Positions 47,223-59,501 are shown, counted from the first letter of the whole stretch. The stretch is 63,985 nt of DNA, filler included, from Craspedostauros australis (GCA_030167865.1; 17 parts of 17 records of this genome joined end to end with filler, not necessarily neighbours in it); one strand, 5' to 3'. Numbers and translations are program-made. The notes: generated by a model from the sequence alone, not told the origin.

Positions 47223-47565
47223 GATGACAAGAGAGCGGATCGGCTCGTCCGAGCTGATGGTGCTTCTGCTTGCGGTGTGGAAAAGAACGGCACATCGATG
47301 GTTGATGCGATCCTGTATTGCCTTGGAGTACTCTGGTCGTAGAGTAATTAGAACGGCTTATGAAGGCATTATTGATACTCTGGTGCATGTGAGTGTATTG
47401 TTGTACGAGTGGGATGGAACAAGGGAGATGGTGGGTGATTGTGATTGCGTGCGGTAATTGGAATGTCTAGATTGTATGAGTATGGCTGGTCCATCACCAA
47501 CAAGCGAAAGCCGTCCACATAACCTATCTGCAACACATCGCGATTTCACACCGCTCCACACATTC

Positions 47566-48265
47566 TCATATGCTTGGCACGGCAGCATCCAGAAAGATCT
47601 TCTTCGCAACGCCCGCCTTGTCCACGATGAAGAAGAACACATCCCGGGACTTGGCCAATGGCCCCGACAGGGCCTCCAGGTATCCCAGCAGACCAATCAG
47701 CCTTGGCCGTGACGGCCGTGATGTCCGTGGTGGTGGACCATCGCTTGTCCTTGTATTCTATCTGCAGGATGTCTTCGAGGCTGTTCCCGCCATTGGCTTA
47801 TTCATCGCACTGCACATTGTATTGCCAAATGGCGTTGGTCAGACAGCAGGCGTCTTGGATGGCCTGATTGGTGCCCTGTCCCAGGAATGGTGGCATGGCA
47901 TGCGCCGCATCACTGCAGACAGTCAGGATGGCGGCCTTGTCTGCGCCGGTGCTTCCATTGCGGTTGGGATTGCGATTTTCGTTGATGGCCATCATCGCCT
48001 TGGTCCGTCACGCAAAGGCATTGTGGAAGTAGATCTCCAACTCAAAGAAAGAATCGACATTGTCCATGAGTCGATCGATGATGAGCCTTGTGGTGTGTGT
48101 GGGGATCTTGGCATCGTCGATCTGCTGTCACATCTGTTGCTGGATGCGTTTGGCCTCGGATGATGCCTTCCAAGCGATGCTGTTGTCGGTATTGCTGATG
48201 TTCTCGAAAGCATGCGCCAACAAGAGAGCGGCGATGCTACCGCCAATCACGACAATCTTCCGTAT
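47566..48265 (-). pseudogene. FAD-dependent monooxygenase pseudogene
   Basis: KIVVIGGSIAALLLAHAF (degenerate GxGxxG); SDAAHAMPPFLGQGTNQAIQDA (GD motif); C-terminal AGVAKKIFLDAAVP. In-frame stops, a frameshift and a missing middle. Confidence 0.8.
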
Positions 48266-49481
48266 TGGTTGGTGATTCTCATTCCCATTCCCGTTGCTGC
48301 TTCGCTTCTACTGCTGCGTTGGAGTGAAGATGACGGGGATGATGATGACAGTGAGTTCGTTGCCACCACCATGCAAGCGATGCAGATGGCACCGATCATC
48401 CTCTTTTGATGCATCAACCACGTCATTGGTGTCATTGATGCCAATGCCGCCATTGCTGTGATTCCTCTGGTTGCGGCTGTCTCTGTGGTTGCGCAATCAT
48501 TGAGCGAGGAATCAAGTCAACCAGCCGGCATTGTTCGAAGCCTCTCTCTCGAAGCAGAGAGAGAGAGAGACGGAGCATTGGCATGCTCTGTGAATAGATA
48601 CTTGATGGCAACGGTGATCATCATGTCAGCGTTGCGGTTGTGACGATCTGCATCAGTATTCTGTAGCGATGTCCGCAGCAGCACCACCACCATGACCATC
48701 GTCATCGCCATCGTTATCGCCATCGCCACAGAACGAATCCTCTCGCACACGTTCCGTGTTGATCAAAAGACTGGCGGTTGATCCATTCGCCACAGAGTTC
48801 TCAATGATTGAGTGAGACGAGATGAGTCCTGGATACGTTTGCTGTCGATTGAAACACGAGTGGTGCCATGCTCATCATCACCATCGCCACGTTCTCAACA
48901 AAACGCGAGAAACGCCTCTGATGTCCACCGAAGAAGTCATCGTGGTGGGTTCTTCGCATCGTGGATTTGTCGCATCGTGGATCTGCCCATTACGGTCGTT
49001 CGATGACATCCAACTCCCGAAGAACTGTATCGATTGGAGAAGTTTCGTGGTTGACTCCCCCAAGACCATCACAGAGGGATGTACTATACTCATATTCCAC
49101 GAGCTATGGTATCACATGAAGAAGCGCAACTGCGGAGCGTGGCCAAGTCGGGCACCATCGAAGGTCGTATCGTGTGCGCGAGCGAGCGAGTTAGCCAGCT
49201 TCCGATCATGATGTGGCTGTCCACGATCGTAGCATGCCATGGTGGAACTGCGCAAGTCCATGCAGGCGTGTTGGTTGACGACACGTTGCTTCGTGATCAA
49301 TGCACAGGATCATGAAATGGAGGACAACAAACTTGAGCAGATGAGCTCACAATCGACATCCAGGCTCAACTGATTTGGGACTACATACTCTACCAGCTCT
49401 GCCTACTCTACCTACTCTACTCGTACGATTGTACCACCAACAGCAATAAGCAGCAACGACAAGAAAAGGACGAACCGCAAC

Positions 49482-50208
49482 ATGGATGATGTCGCCAACA
49501 CCAATACCAACAGCGATCATGATCCAGACTTCAACATTTTCTGGAAACAACTCCATCAAGAAAAGCTGTCACCGAAGACTGTGTTCAATGTGCAGAGTCA
49601 TCCAAGACAGCAGGTTGAATGCTGCAGCGTCACACCCAAGCGGATGGAATACTGGGACATGGCCATCAAAGCAGGATTCACCTTTGCTGACTTGGAATCG
49701 ATGGTGGAGCGGCACAAGCACATTGCTTTAGCACCTCATGTTCTGCTGAGCGATTCGTCTCGCAGGGGCTGGTGGTGGATGGGCATTCGATCCCTGAATC
49801 TGGAATTCGACACCAAGGACCAATTCGGAGAAGAAGACAAGCAAGCGATTCGCTTCGTAGTTCGATTGGCTGTCGAACACCCACCCGAATCTTCATCCGA
49901 CGAAGGCATCCACTTGCCTCAAAGCTTCGTGGAGATGAAGCAGCTCCACGATATCCCTCTTGTGACACATTGTGTGGATTTGTGGTCATGTGATCTTGTT
50001 GATTGCGACAAGCTCATGTTCAACATCTCCCAAAACTCGAAATACGTTTCGTTTAGTTTCTGTGAGCTCGCCAATGGGGGCGCTGATTTGTGCAGATGGC
50101 TGTCTCCAAACAATTGCAGAATCGCCGAAGTATCCTTTTTCCGCACCTATATCACTTGTGATAGCTTGGCAAAGCTATTCCAGTCAAACAAGCGCATCAA
50201 CAAGCTCC
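49482..50208 (+). CDS. Duplicate of the RNI-like gene at 45933, truncated by the contig end
   Basis: Translation identical to the N-terminal ~242 aa of 45933-47222. Confidence 0.75.
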
Positions 50209-50308
50209 NNNNNNNNNNNNNNNNNNNNNNNNNNNNNNNNNNNNNNNNNNNNTTAATTAATTAANNNNNNNNNNNNNNNNNNNNNNNNNNNNNNNNNNNN
50301 NNNNNNNN

Positions 50309-51445
50309 CGCCTTCAGCACTGCCAAGAATCTGAAGGGCAAAGTGATCAAGGTCAAGAAGAGCAAGCAACACAAGCACTCTGCATACAACTCTACTCTCA
50401 CACACTTGCGTCAGTGCGCAGAGTGGGGCAATCATACTCTCACAGCGACCTTCCGCCGCCTCCTCACTCCCCTTCCTACTGATAACATCCGACGCGGCAG
50501 GATCATGTGGTCTTCTATCCTTCTCCACAATTGGAAGACCGAGACCTGCGATCGCAATCAGATTCGTACCTACCTCAGGGACGTCTCCTCCAAGCTCTAG
50601 GAGGACTACTTGTAAATAACAGTAATGAACAGTGAAGTTGTAAGCATGAATAGTACTTGTACAGGTGTCACTGTGCACATCAGAAACATAGTCCAAATGT
50701 TCTTGTCATTGTTCTGCAAAATGCCGGCGTATCAATTTCGAGCGGTGTGCTCCACGCGATTGGATTATGTCATATTTTTCGCCAGGTCTGTTTTGCTCCT
50801 GTAGCACGAAATTTGTGTTGGGATTGACATGCGATAAATGCACAACGATGTTTATTGTGACATTGGTTTCACAGCAATCACTACAACTGTCACATGCATG
50901 CATACACAACTTCAGAATGATACTAGAAATGGTGACTATGATGTTTACATGTACGGCTAGGAATAGGAAGGTTGGCCTAGTTGTTCTTCATGTAGTCGAA
51001 CATGGCATTGAGTTGTTGAGAGAGGCCACCACAAGCGACCTTGAGATCGGAGTTGGCCTCCTTCAATTCTGTGCACGTTTTTTCAAGCATGGCACACTTG
51101 TTGCCCATGGCATCGAGGCGCTTGTTGTTATCATCAGTGCTGTGGTATGCAGGAGGAGCCTTCATCACACTAATGAGCTCCCCAAGGCACCCTGAGAGCT
51201 TGTTCGACAACTCATTTGTCGAGTTTTGCATGTCGAGCATGGTCGATGCCAGCATATCGGCCTTGCGCTTGCGTGGAAGGGGACGAACTGGAGTTCCTTC
51301 AGCAGAGAAGAGACCCGTTGCGATACGGGCCCTGCTGAGCTTGCCAGCCTGCTTCTCGACAAGCTCCGCGATGGAGGCTGCGGTGTTGCCTTCGATGGTG
51401 GTGGCAGTGGTAGCAGCGACGGTGTTGTCCACCTCGTCAGCAATG
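50309..51445. mobile_element. PIF/Harbinger-like internal fragment (copy 1): transposase C-terminus (+, to 50600) convergent with a second ORF (-, 50977-51445)
   Basis: YNSTLTHLRQCAEWGNHTLTATFRRL..LP....RGRI.WS.ILLHNW.TET..RNQI..Y resembles the DDE_Tnp_4 C-terminus. The second ORF has RKRK and a coiled coil. Confidence 0.75.
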
Positions 51446-51545
51446 NNNNNNNNNNNNNNNNNNNNNNNNNNNNNNNNNNNNNNNNNNNNTTAATTAATTA
51501 ANNNNNNNNNNNNNNNNNNNNNNNNNNNNNNNNNNNNNNNNNNNN

Positions 51546-52718
51546 CGCCTTCAGCACTGCCAAGAATCTGAAGGGCAAAGTGATCAAGGTCAAGAAGAGC
51601 AAGCAACACAAGCACTCTGCATACAACTCTACTCTCACACACTTGCGTCAGTGCGCAGAGTGGGGCAATCATACTCTCACAGCGACCTTCCGCCGCCTCC
51701 TCACTCCCCTTCCTACTGATAACATCCGACGCGGCAGGATCATGTGGTCTTCTATCCTTCTCCACAATTGGAAGACCGAGACCTGCGATCGCAATCAGAT
51801 TCGTACCTACCTCAGGGACGTCTCCTCCAAGCTCTAGGAGGACTACTTGTAAATAACAGTAATGAACAGTGAAGTTGTAAGCATGAATAGTACTTGTACA
51901 GGTGTCACTGTGCACATCAGAAACATCGTCCAAATGTTCTTGTCATTGTTCTGCAAAATGCCTGCGTGTCAATTTCGAGCGGTGTGCTCCACGCGATTGG
52001 ATTATGTCATATTTTTCGCCAGGTCTGTTTTGCTTCTGTATCACGAAATTTGTGTTGGGATTGACATGCGATAAATGCACAACCATTTTTAGTGTCACAT
52101 TGGTTTCACAGCAACCACTACAACTGCCACATGCATGCATACACAACCGCAGAATGATACTAGAAATGGTGACTATGATGTTTACATGTACTGCTAGGAA
52201 TAGGAAGGTTGGCTTAGTTGTTCTTCATGTAGTCGAACATGGCATTGAGTTGTTGAGAGAGGCCACCACAAGCGACCTTGAGATCGGAGTTGGCCTCCTT
52301 CAANNNNNNNNNNNNNNNNNNNNNNNNNNNNNNNNNNNNNNNNNNNNNNNNNNNNNNNNNNNNNNNNNNNNNNNNNNNNNNNNNNNNNNNNNNNNNNNNN
52401 NNNNNNNNNNNNNNNNNNNNNNNNNNNNNNNNNNNNNNNNNNNNNNNNNNNNNNNNNNNNNNNTGCATGTCGAGCATGGTCGATGCCAGCATATCGGCCT
52501 TGCGCTTGCGTGGAAGGGGACGAACTGGAGTTCCTTCAGCAGAGAAGAGACCCGTTGCGATACGGGCCCTGCTGAGCTTGCCAGCCTGCTTCTCGACGAG
52601 CTCCGCGATGGAGGCTGCGGTGTTGCCTTCGACAGTGGTGGCAGTGGTAGCAGCGACGGTGTTGTCCACCTCGTCAGCAATGCGCTCAAACTCCTCATCA
52701 TTGAGGCCAGAGAATCCG
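51546..52718. mobile_element. PIF/Harbinger-like fragment (copy 2 or allelic haplotig)
   Basis: Same start point and near-identical sequence to 50309-51445 (offset 1237). Confidence 0.75.
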
Positions 52719-54011
52719 NNNNNNNNNNNNNNNNNNNNNNNNNNNNNNNNNNNNNNNNNNNNTTAATTAATTAANNNNNNNNNNNNNNNNNNNNNNNNNN
52801 NNNNNNNNNNNNNNNNNNACCTGATGCCAGCTGGGACCAAATTCTTCATCACCACGCACGTTGGCTTCCGCGCAGACGCCGCCACATTCCAACCATGCCA
52901 GATCTGTTGCGGGTTGTAATGCGGACCGCCACGACCTCAAAGGCACCGTAGGCGTAGAGCAAGGTGGGTCCGCTTGTTCGTGGGGACGCCTCTTCGACAT
53001 CATGAAGTGCAGAGCATCGGTGCTGTCTTTGCTTTCTGCGATGCATTGCATGACGTCCACACCTTTCGAATCGAAATGACTCGGTAGCAATTGCAGCTTG
53101 CTGCCAAGGTGGACCTCTGGATCGACATGCTTCATGATCTCCATGTCTTCGCCATCAAACACGGACGCATCGCCGAGCCACAGCATGGTGAGCCTGTGTA
53201 GCTGGCAGTGTGGCCCAGAATCGATGACCTTGTTGGGATCCGCAGATCGGACGCTGGCGCAGGCGATTGGGGCCCCTCTCGAATCCAGCAAACACAGCTG
53301 TTGGTCCCTTCCGATCGGTAGAATCCAGCTTTGATCTGGCATGATCAATGTGCAGGAGGATGAGGTGGTTCTTTGTGATGGTGTAGTTTTTTCGGAGGAG
53401 GTAGTTGGAGGGTTTGAAGAGGGTATGATATATCCGATCGGCCGGTCCATACTGACGAATTTGTGCGCATTGACGTAGATATGGATCTAGCCATGAATGT
53501 CTCGGCCCCCTCAGGTGACCAGTCGGATCACAATGTCACCCTGAGAACGTGCCAACGAAATCGGTGTCCAAATCTTCTGGCGCAAGCCAGGGTTTGAAAT
53601 CTGGCTGATCTCCCGTCTCGATTCGGGTTTGATGTCTGGGCGGCAGCATGTGCTCGTACTTGACCTTCCATATCCAGAATTCGGTGGTCTGGTGGGTGAT
53701 GGCTCTCGTGCGGATTTCGTAAATGCCCCTGCCGCGCACCCTCTGATCGTCAACGTAGGCGGAGACCGCGATGTCAGATTTTTCACCTTCGAAGACCACG
53801 AGCGCCGATGCCAGACCTGTGCCTCTGACCCACTCGCGGATCGTCCTGGGGTATCCCGCCCTCGTGAGAGACGAAGAACCAAAATCCGCCCCGACCAGGA
53901 GGATGTTCCTTNNNNNNNNNNNNNNNNNNNNNNNNNNNNNNNNNNNNNNNNNNNNTTAATTAATTAANNNNNNNNNNNNNNNNNNNNNNNNNNNNNNNNN
54001 NNNNNNNNNNN

Positions 54012-54093
54012 CAAGTGTGTATGAGAGAATAGCGGGTGAACGATGCACATATACTCGTACATCTCGACATATACTCACATGTACATCTCGACA
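54012..54093. mobile_element. LTR terminus (family B), 82 bp at the contig edge
   Basis: ...GTACATCTCGACA end shared with ~61855-61932 and with 63904-63985 (reverse complement); the three flanks differ. Confidence 0.8.
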
Positions 54094-54649
54094 GGAGTGC
54101 AGGGAAAGTTGGAGGAGTCGGGACACAGACTTTGACCTGCACTTTTGTCCCGGCATTGGAGCCCTGTCCAAAGGCCTGCACTGTGACCTTGGAGGTGTCA
54201 AGAATCATGCTGTTGTCGGTGGTGATGTGCATGCGAACGAAGAGTTTCTTGTTGGTTGCATGAAGTGTGCGATTCTGGTTGTTGTTGGTTTGGATCTGAA
54301 CGTCACAGTCGTAGTCGAAGGTCGCGCCTTTCAGCACAGGAGGCAAGAGCTTGTCTGTTGTAGATGTCGTAATGTGCTGCTTACCATCTACATCCAGTGG
54401 AGGCAACAGCTTCTCAGCAGCAGATGGCGCAAACAGTTCTTTGCGATCAATCGGATCGGATGGGAAGGGGCGCACGGATGGAGAGGATGGCAAATGCTGC
54501 TTCTTGGAGGGAGAAGGATTGGCGTCCTTCGACGCAGCTTTCGAGGTAGAGACGAGCATGATGCTGATTGGTACTGATGGGTAGATGGAGAAGACTACTA
54601 GTGATGGAAGTGAACTGAGCAGGAGGGATGCAAGAAGGTGACGATGCAA
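54094..54649 (-). CDS. Unknown ORF cut by the family B LTR, lying inside an element that ends at 55249
   Basis: Open from 54649 (next Met MLVSTSK) into the LTR. The terminal motif ACAACTAGTGCTATCG lies upstream at 55234-55249. Confidence 0.45.
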
Positions 54650-56357
54650 ACACTACATGAACATGCAACAAGCACCGCACACCACCACGAAAAGCAAAAC
54701 ACGATTTGGTGGCAAAATGCGAGGAGATTTGTGGCATGTGACGAGAGTCAAATTTTGAATTTGAATGATAACGTCTAATAACGGATAGTTATTTCAAAAA
54801 CGTGTTCGGACAGGCCGAACAATGACGTCGCCGAAATGCCAAATTCCGTGCGCAACCTGTCAAAAAAAGTTCTTTCCCGAACGTGTCTGCGCACATTGCG
54901 TTGTTTGCGTCGGAAAAGCTAATCAATGCCTTGCGATCATTACGGAGCAGTGTTCATATTCGACCAAGAGGACCGTAAATCTACCAAGGTGGATAAAAAT
55001 TAAAGTAAGACATTAAACCAAAATCGGCGTCCACTATGATTCTTATATTTTGTTCTAGTTTATGAATATGTGGGTGTCTGGGTCGAAAGCCCCGTATCTT
55101 CCCACCCCCTCAGGACCGACTGCAGGTCCCGACACTCAAGTGGGTCATAAGCAGTTGTTTGGATGGTTTTGGGTGTGCTCTACTTTAGTCTACTTTATCA
55201 CGACTCATCACGAGTAAAACTCAAAAACACTCCACAACTAGTGCTATCGCGACACCGTTTTACATTGCGTGCAGGTCGTAGTACAAGGTACATAGTCTAG
55301 AGAGCACTCCACTTCAGCCTGCCTGCCTACCTACCTACCTACTGAAGGCGACATCTGGTTGGAACTTTGAAGGTCGCTGCGCCATGGGCGAAAACAAGGT
55401 TGCTTCGATCAAACCAAACTACTCCGCTGTCCTCTACTCCGCTCGCAATTGTTGCGCTCGCTCGTATGGCCGTGTGCAGTCGCCCACCGTTGGTGTGTGC
55501 TCGGCTCTGTGTGTGTAGCTCGTACTACGTGGCATATGGTACGATCTACGAGTGTTTCCACCAAGCGGCACGGACTCTCTCCGCTCGCACCATGACCTCG
55601 ATCAACAACCCTCACAAGTACAAATGCAAGTACAGGTATGAATGAGATCTCTGGGTAGATTGATGATCGTTCACTTCCATGAATTCGTAACGAACATATG
55701 ACATTATATTATGGTTTTTAAGTTTGATGCCGACATGGGCATTCGCAAGTATGGCTTTCGCATCGACAAGNNNNNNNNNNNNNNNNNNNNNNNNNNNNNN
55801 NNNNNNNNNNNNNNTTAATTAATTAANNNNNNNNNNNNNNNNNNNNNNNNNNNNNNNNNNNNNNNNNNNNCAGTGCTCTGTACTATACTTGTGCCTACCC
55901 ATGATAGAACTGAATAGACAAAAGTCGAGGAGAGGCGAGCAGAGCAGATTACCACGACGGATGAAGGGATCAACGGTCCCAACAATTACATACACGTTGC
56001 TTTGCTTGATTGGCACGGATCCTCTTCTCCACTCGACTTTCCTGCATGCACATGCCATGGCATCACGAGCACACCATACACTGTCGGGGAGACGGAGAGA
56101 GACGTGTCATCTCCAAATCGAACAGCCTGCTCTCTCTCTCTCTCTCTCTCTACAGACCCAATGAAGGTTTAATACTATCTTCTATATTCAAGGAGGCTGA
56201 CTACCTGATCTCTGGTCCTGGCATGCCTCAAATCTCCATCTTTCGCCATTCCTGAGGAGGCGGACTTCCAGATCCCTTCGATTGCGATAGAGCAAAAGCA
56301 ACGACGGATGGAATATGAGAGTGCGTTTTTGGAGTGCGCTCCGCCGCTCGTCACTCT

Positions 56358-59300
56358 CTAGGGGATGCAGACGTCATCTCGGTCACAACACTGTGTGCAG
56401 CATGCGCACTCAGTCTCTGGAGGCAGGATGCCAGCGTCCGGTTCCTTGCAGTCTGAAACAAACCGAACGAGTTGGGATGATCCATCGCAGAACACTTTGG
56501 TGAGGTTGCCTGTGATCGAATTGTTCTCCAATTCAAGGCTGTACAAGTTCGTCAGATTCTCCCATTGGGGCGGGACCTCCCCGTTGATGGAGTTTCCTGA
56601 AACGGCGACGGAAACAAGCTGGGACAGATCACCAATCTCAGATGGTAACGCGCCTGTGAGCTCATTATCGTCGAGGTAGAGTTTCTCCAGTGCCAACAAC
56701 CTCCCGAGCTCTGATGGGATTTCCTCCTTGAAGAAGTTCAAACTGAGATCGAGAAGTCTGAGACTCGAAAGGTCTCCATATTCCGTCGGGATCGCACCAA
56801 ATATGTCGTTAGATGAGAGTTTGAGCTCCTCAAGCCAAGCCAGCTTTCCAATTTCTGTCGGGAGGAACCCCGAGATGTAATTGTCGGAGCAATCGAAGAT
56901 GGTCAAGTTTTCGAAAAGAGCAATCTCGGAGGGAAGCTGGTCAGTGTCCACGTTTGAGTCTGAGAGCATGATGGAGGTGACGCAGCCCTCGGCGTCGCAT
57001 TGGATACCTTCTTCCCCATTCCACCATTCGCAAACAGATGAAGGCGACATAACAGGAGCAGTCGTGTTCCAAGGCCCATTCATCACCGTCGCGATATAGA
57101 GCACAGCCAAGGCGTATCTCTCCACGACCACCTCATCTGCCGTGTTGGCGAGGTCGAGATCGAAGAGATCGTCATTTGCCAACCAGTCCAGCGCGCGGTA
57201 TTGCGGGCTTTCGATATCATTGAACACCAACGGGTCCGTAAAGATTGGATCGCCTTGCAGATGTGGTTCCAATATGGTGAGTATGCTGTTCATCTTCTCG
57301 ACATTCAAGATGGGACACTCTGTCTCAGTGCTGCAGCAGTTGCCCATGGCATCGCAGCAGTGCGAACAGCAGGAACATGTCGTTTCTGCTGGAATCCCAC
57401 CATCGTCAGTGGCAACGCAATCTGAGGAGAAGGAAACAAGGTTGGGATGCGAGCCTGAGCAAAAGATTGGATCCAAGTTGCCCTGCAACCCGGTGTCCTC
57501 GATATAAAGAATCCGCAGGTTGGTAAGCTGGCCCCACTCGACTGGGACTGTCCCATTGAATCCGCTCCGAAAGATCAGGAGGCTCACCAGGGCTTGCATC
57601 TTACCGACCTCGGTGGGCAACGTGCCTGTCAGGGAGTTTTCGGAGATCTGCGCCCACTGAAGTAATTGCAGGTTACCAATCTCGGACGGAAGCGTGCCAG
57701 TGAAACCGATGCTCCCAAGTTGAACTTCCTTCAAGTTGACCAGACGGCCGATCTCCGTGGGCATCGGGCCGGACATTGGGAGGAAGACGATGTGGAGCTC
57801 CATCAAGTTTGATAATAGACCAATTTCGGTCGGCAGCGTTCCAGTGATGACGTTGTTGGCGATGTACAAGCTGGTGAGCTGTTCAAGGAGGAAGAGCTCT
57901 TTCGGAATGGTGCCAGTCATGAAGTTGGACTCAAACCTTGCTCCAGTCACCCTACCAGCTTCGTCACACGAAACAATGCCGCCGAAGGTGTCAGCACTGA
58001 CATCACGCCATTCGCATACGCTGCTCTTGGTAAGAAAGTTGAATTTGTTCCCCCACGTGGCCTCGCCTCCAGTCGTATAGTACAGAACGGCGAGTGCGTA
58101 GCGTTCGAGGAGTTCGGGTAGAGGAGCGGACATCATGTCAATACCCGCGGTGTCTTGATTGGCGAGCCAATCCAATGCTCTGTACTGTTTAGTGGATCGG
58201 TCCTCCAGTACGTCGCGTCCAGTGTTTGCCGGTTCACCTTCCAGTATCTGCGCCAGACGATTGACGAGCCTGTCGAATTCTGCGGTCTGCGGTGTGAAGG
58301 TCGGGCTCGGTGATGCGATGGAAGCTGCGGTTGGTGCCGTCATGCGAGATCTGTTGTCGCCTGATAGTGCCACGCCGATTGCAGTGCCGATCCCTGCCAG
58401 CACCAAAGCGACGAGGAAGCTAATGGACCTCCTGCGCCTGCTTTGACTGCCGGAGTTGCCGTTTTCGTCGTCCTTCGTGACCTCCACCGCTTCGGCGGCG
58501 ACAACTGCGCCGTTGGTTGCTGCGCCCCCGCCAATGCGCGTTTGCTCCAAGCGCAAGCGCTCCTGTACCTGCGTCTCCATGCGCTCCGCGAACTCCTTCT
58601 CGAGACGCTCCTTGAAACGATCCGACACGTCTTCCTCGGTTGGAGCCAGCTGGGCTGTGATGGGGGTGGCAATAGTGTCGATGTTTCCGGTTTGGTCCAT
58701 GGTGAAGGTGGAATCTGTGGACGGGCGCAAGTTGCCGCCAGCTGAAATGGCGCCTGGTTGGATCGGGACGGTCAGTGGCGGGTCATCCGTTGGCTGCAAT
58801 AGTTCCTTGTCATCCTCCTCCTTCGTTTCAACTGAGTTGCGACTGGGCATAGCGGCCCTGCTGGGATTGGAATCCCGTTGCGGCGTCCGCGTGCCTCTGG
58901 GGTATCCAAACTTAGTCCTCTTGCGGGTTCCTGTGCCACCGGCGGTCCGTGTGCCAATGGATGCCTCGGTGGTCCTGAGGGACGTAGGGATAGCCCCGCC
59001 CTTCTGCGACATCGCGTACGCATTGGACGAATTGGACGCATTGGACGCTGCGATGTCCTCTCTCGATGCGTCAACGCCCGGTACAGACACGGCTCCTGGT
59101 CGCCGCGGTGGCGGAGGCGAAACGACTGATGCTGATACTGACGCTCGTGGAGGTCCTGACTTCGGTTGCTCCGATCCAATGGGGGAGAAGGATCCACTGG
59201 TGATGGGGGTCATTTCGCTGGGTGAGAGCAGACCAGCGGCGCGCAGAGCTCCAGCCCTGGCCTTTGCCTTGGCGCCTGCGTTGGCAGCAGAGCTGATCCT

Positions 59301-59501
59301 GGTCGATCCACCGCTGCGACGTTGTCTAACTCGGTCTCGACCGATGTGGACCTCCCGACGGTGGGCTGCAGGCTTTCTGTCTTCAGCAGCACTGGCGGCG
59401 TCATCGTTGTCTTCGTTTTCTTCGTTGTCTTCCTTCTCCATCACGCCATTGCCTTCCTTGTCATCGCCAGGGCTCCTTGGTGGTGGCTTGCGGTCGTCCA
59501 T
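56358..59501 (-). CDS. Diatom-type LRR receptor-like membrane protein with two tandem LRR modules
   Basis: Disordered N-terminus with PGAVSV/PGAISA, TM ISFLVALVLAGIGTAIGVAL, then twice [QYRALDWLA..D / ERYALAVLY / SSVCEW cap, plant-type LRRs GTLPTEIGxL, Cys cap DC..CxCCxxCC]. Confidence 0.93.
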   Translation of the reverse strand: MDDRKPPPRSPGDDKEGNGVMEKEDNEENEDNDDAASAAEDRKPAAHRREVHIGRDRVRQRRSGGSTRISSAANAGAKAKARAGALRAAGLLSPSEMTPITSGSFSPIGSEQPKSGPPRASVSASVVSPPPPRRPGAVSVPGVDASREDIAASNASNSSNAYAMSQKGGAIPTSLRTTEASIGTRTAGGTGTRKRTKFGYPRGTRTPQRDSNPSRAAMPSRNSVETKEEDDKELLQPTDDPPLTVPIQPGAISAGGNLRPSTDSTFTMDQTGNIDTIATPITAQLAPTEEDVSDRFKERLEKEFAERMETQVQERLRLEQTRIGGGAATNGAVVAAEAVEVTKDDENGNSGSQSRRRRSISFLVALVLAGIGTAIGVALSGDNRSRMTAPTAASIASPSPTFTPQTAEFDRLVNRLAQILEGEPANTGRDVLEDRSTKQYRALDWLANQDTAGIDMMSAPLPELLERYALAVLYYTTGGEATWGNKFNFLTKSSVCEWRDVSADTFGGIVSCDEAGRVTGARFESNFMTGTIPKELFLLEQLTSLYIANNVITGTLPTEIGLLSNLMELHIVFLPMSGPMPTEIGRLVNLKEVQLGSIGFTGTLPSEIGNLQLLQWAQISENSLTGTLPTEVGKMQALVSLLIFRSGFNGTVPVEWGQLTNLRILYIEDTGLQGNLDPIFCSGSHPNLVSFSSDCVATDDGGIPAETTCSCCSHCCDAMGNCCSTETECPILNVEKMNSILTILEPHLQGDPIFTDPLVFNDIESPQYRALDWLANDDLFDLDLANTADEVVVERYALAVLYIATVMNGPWNTTAPVMSPSSVCEWWNGEEGIQCDAEGCVTSIMLSDSNVDTDQLPSEIALFENLTIFDCSDNYISGFLPTEIGKLAWLEELKLSSNDIFGAIPTEYGDLSSLRLLDLSLNFFKEEIPSELGRLLALEKLYLDDNELTGALPSEIGDLSQLVSVAVSGNSINGEVPPQWENLTNLYSLELENNSITGNLTKVFCDGSSQLVRFVSDCKEPDAGILPPETECACCTQCCDRDDVCIP

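Larger units (their letters stand above)
45781..50208 (+). repeat. Contig with an 879-bp direct terminal repeat (45781-46659 = 49330-50208), period 3549 bp
   Basis: Contig start AACTTGAGCAGATGAGCTC recurs at 49330, and ORF translations 45933 and 49482 are identical up to the contig end. Confidence 0.93.
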
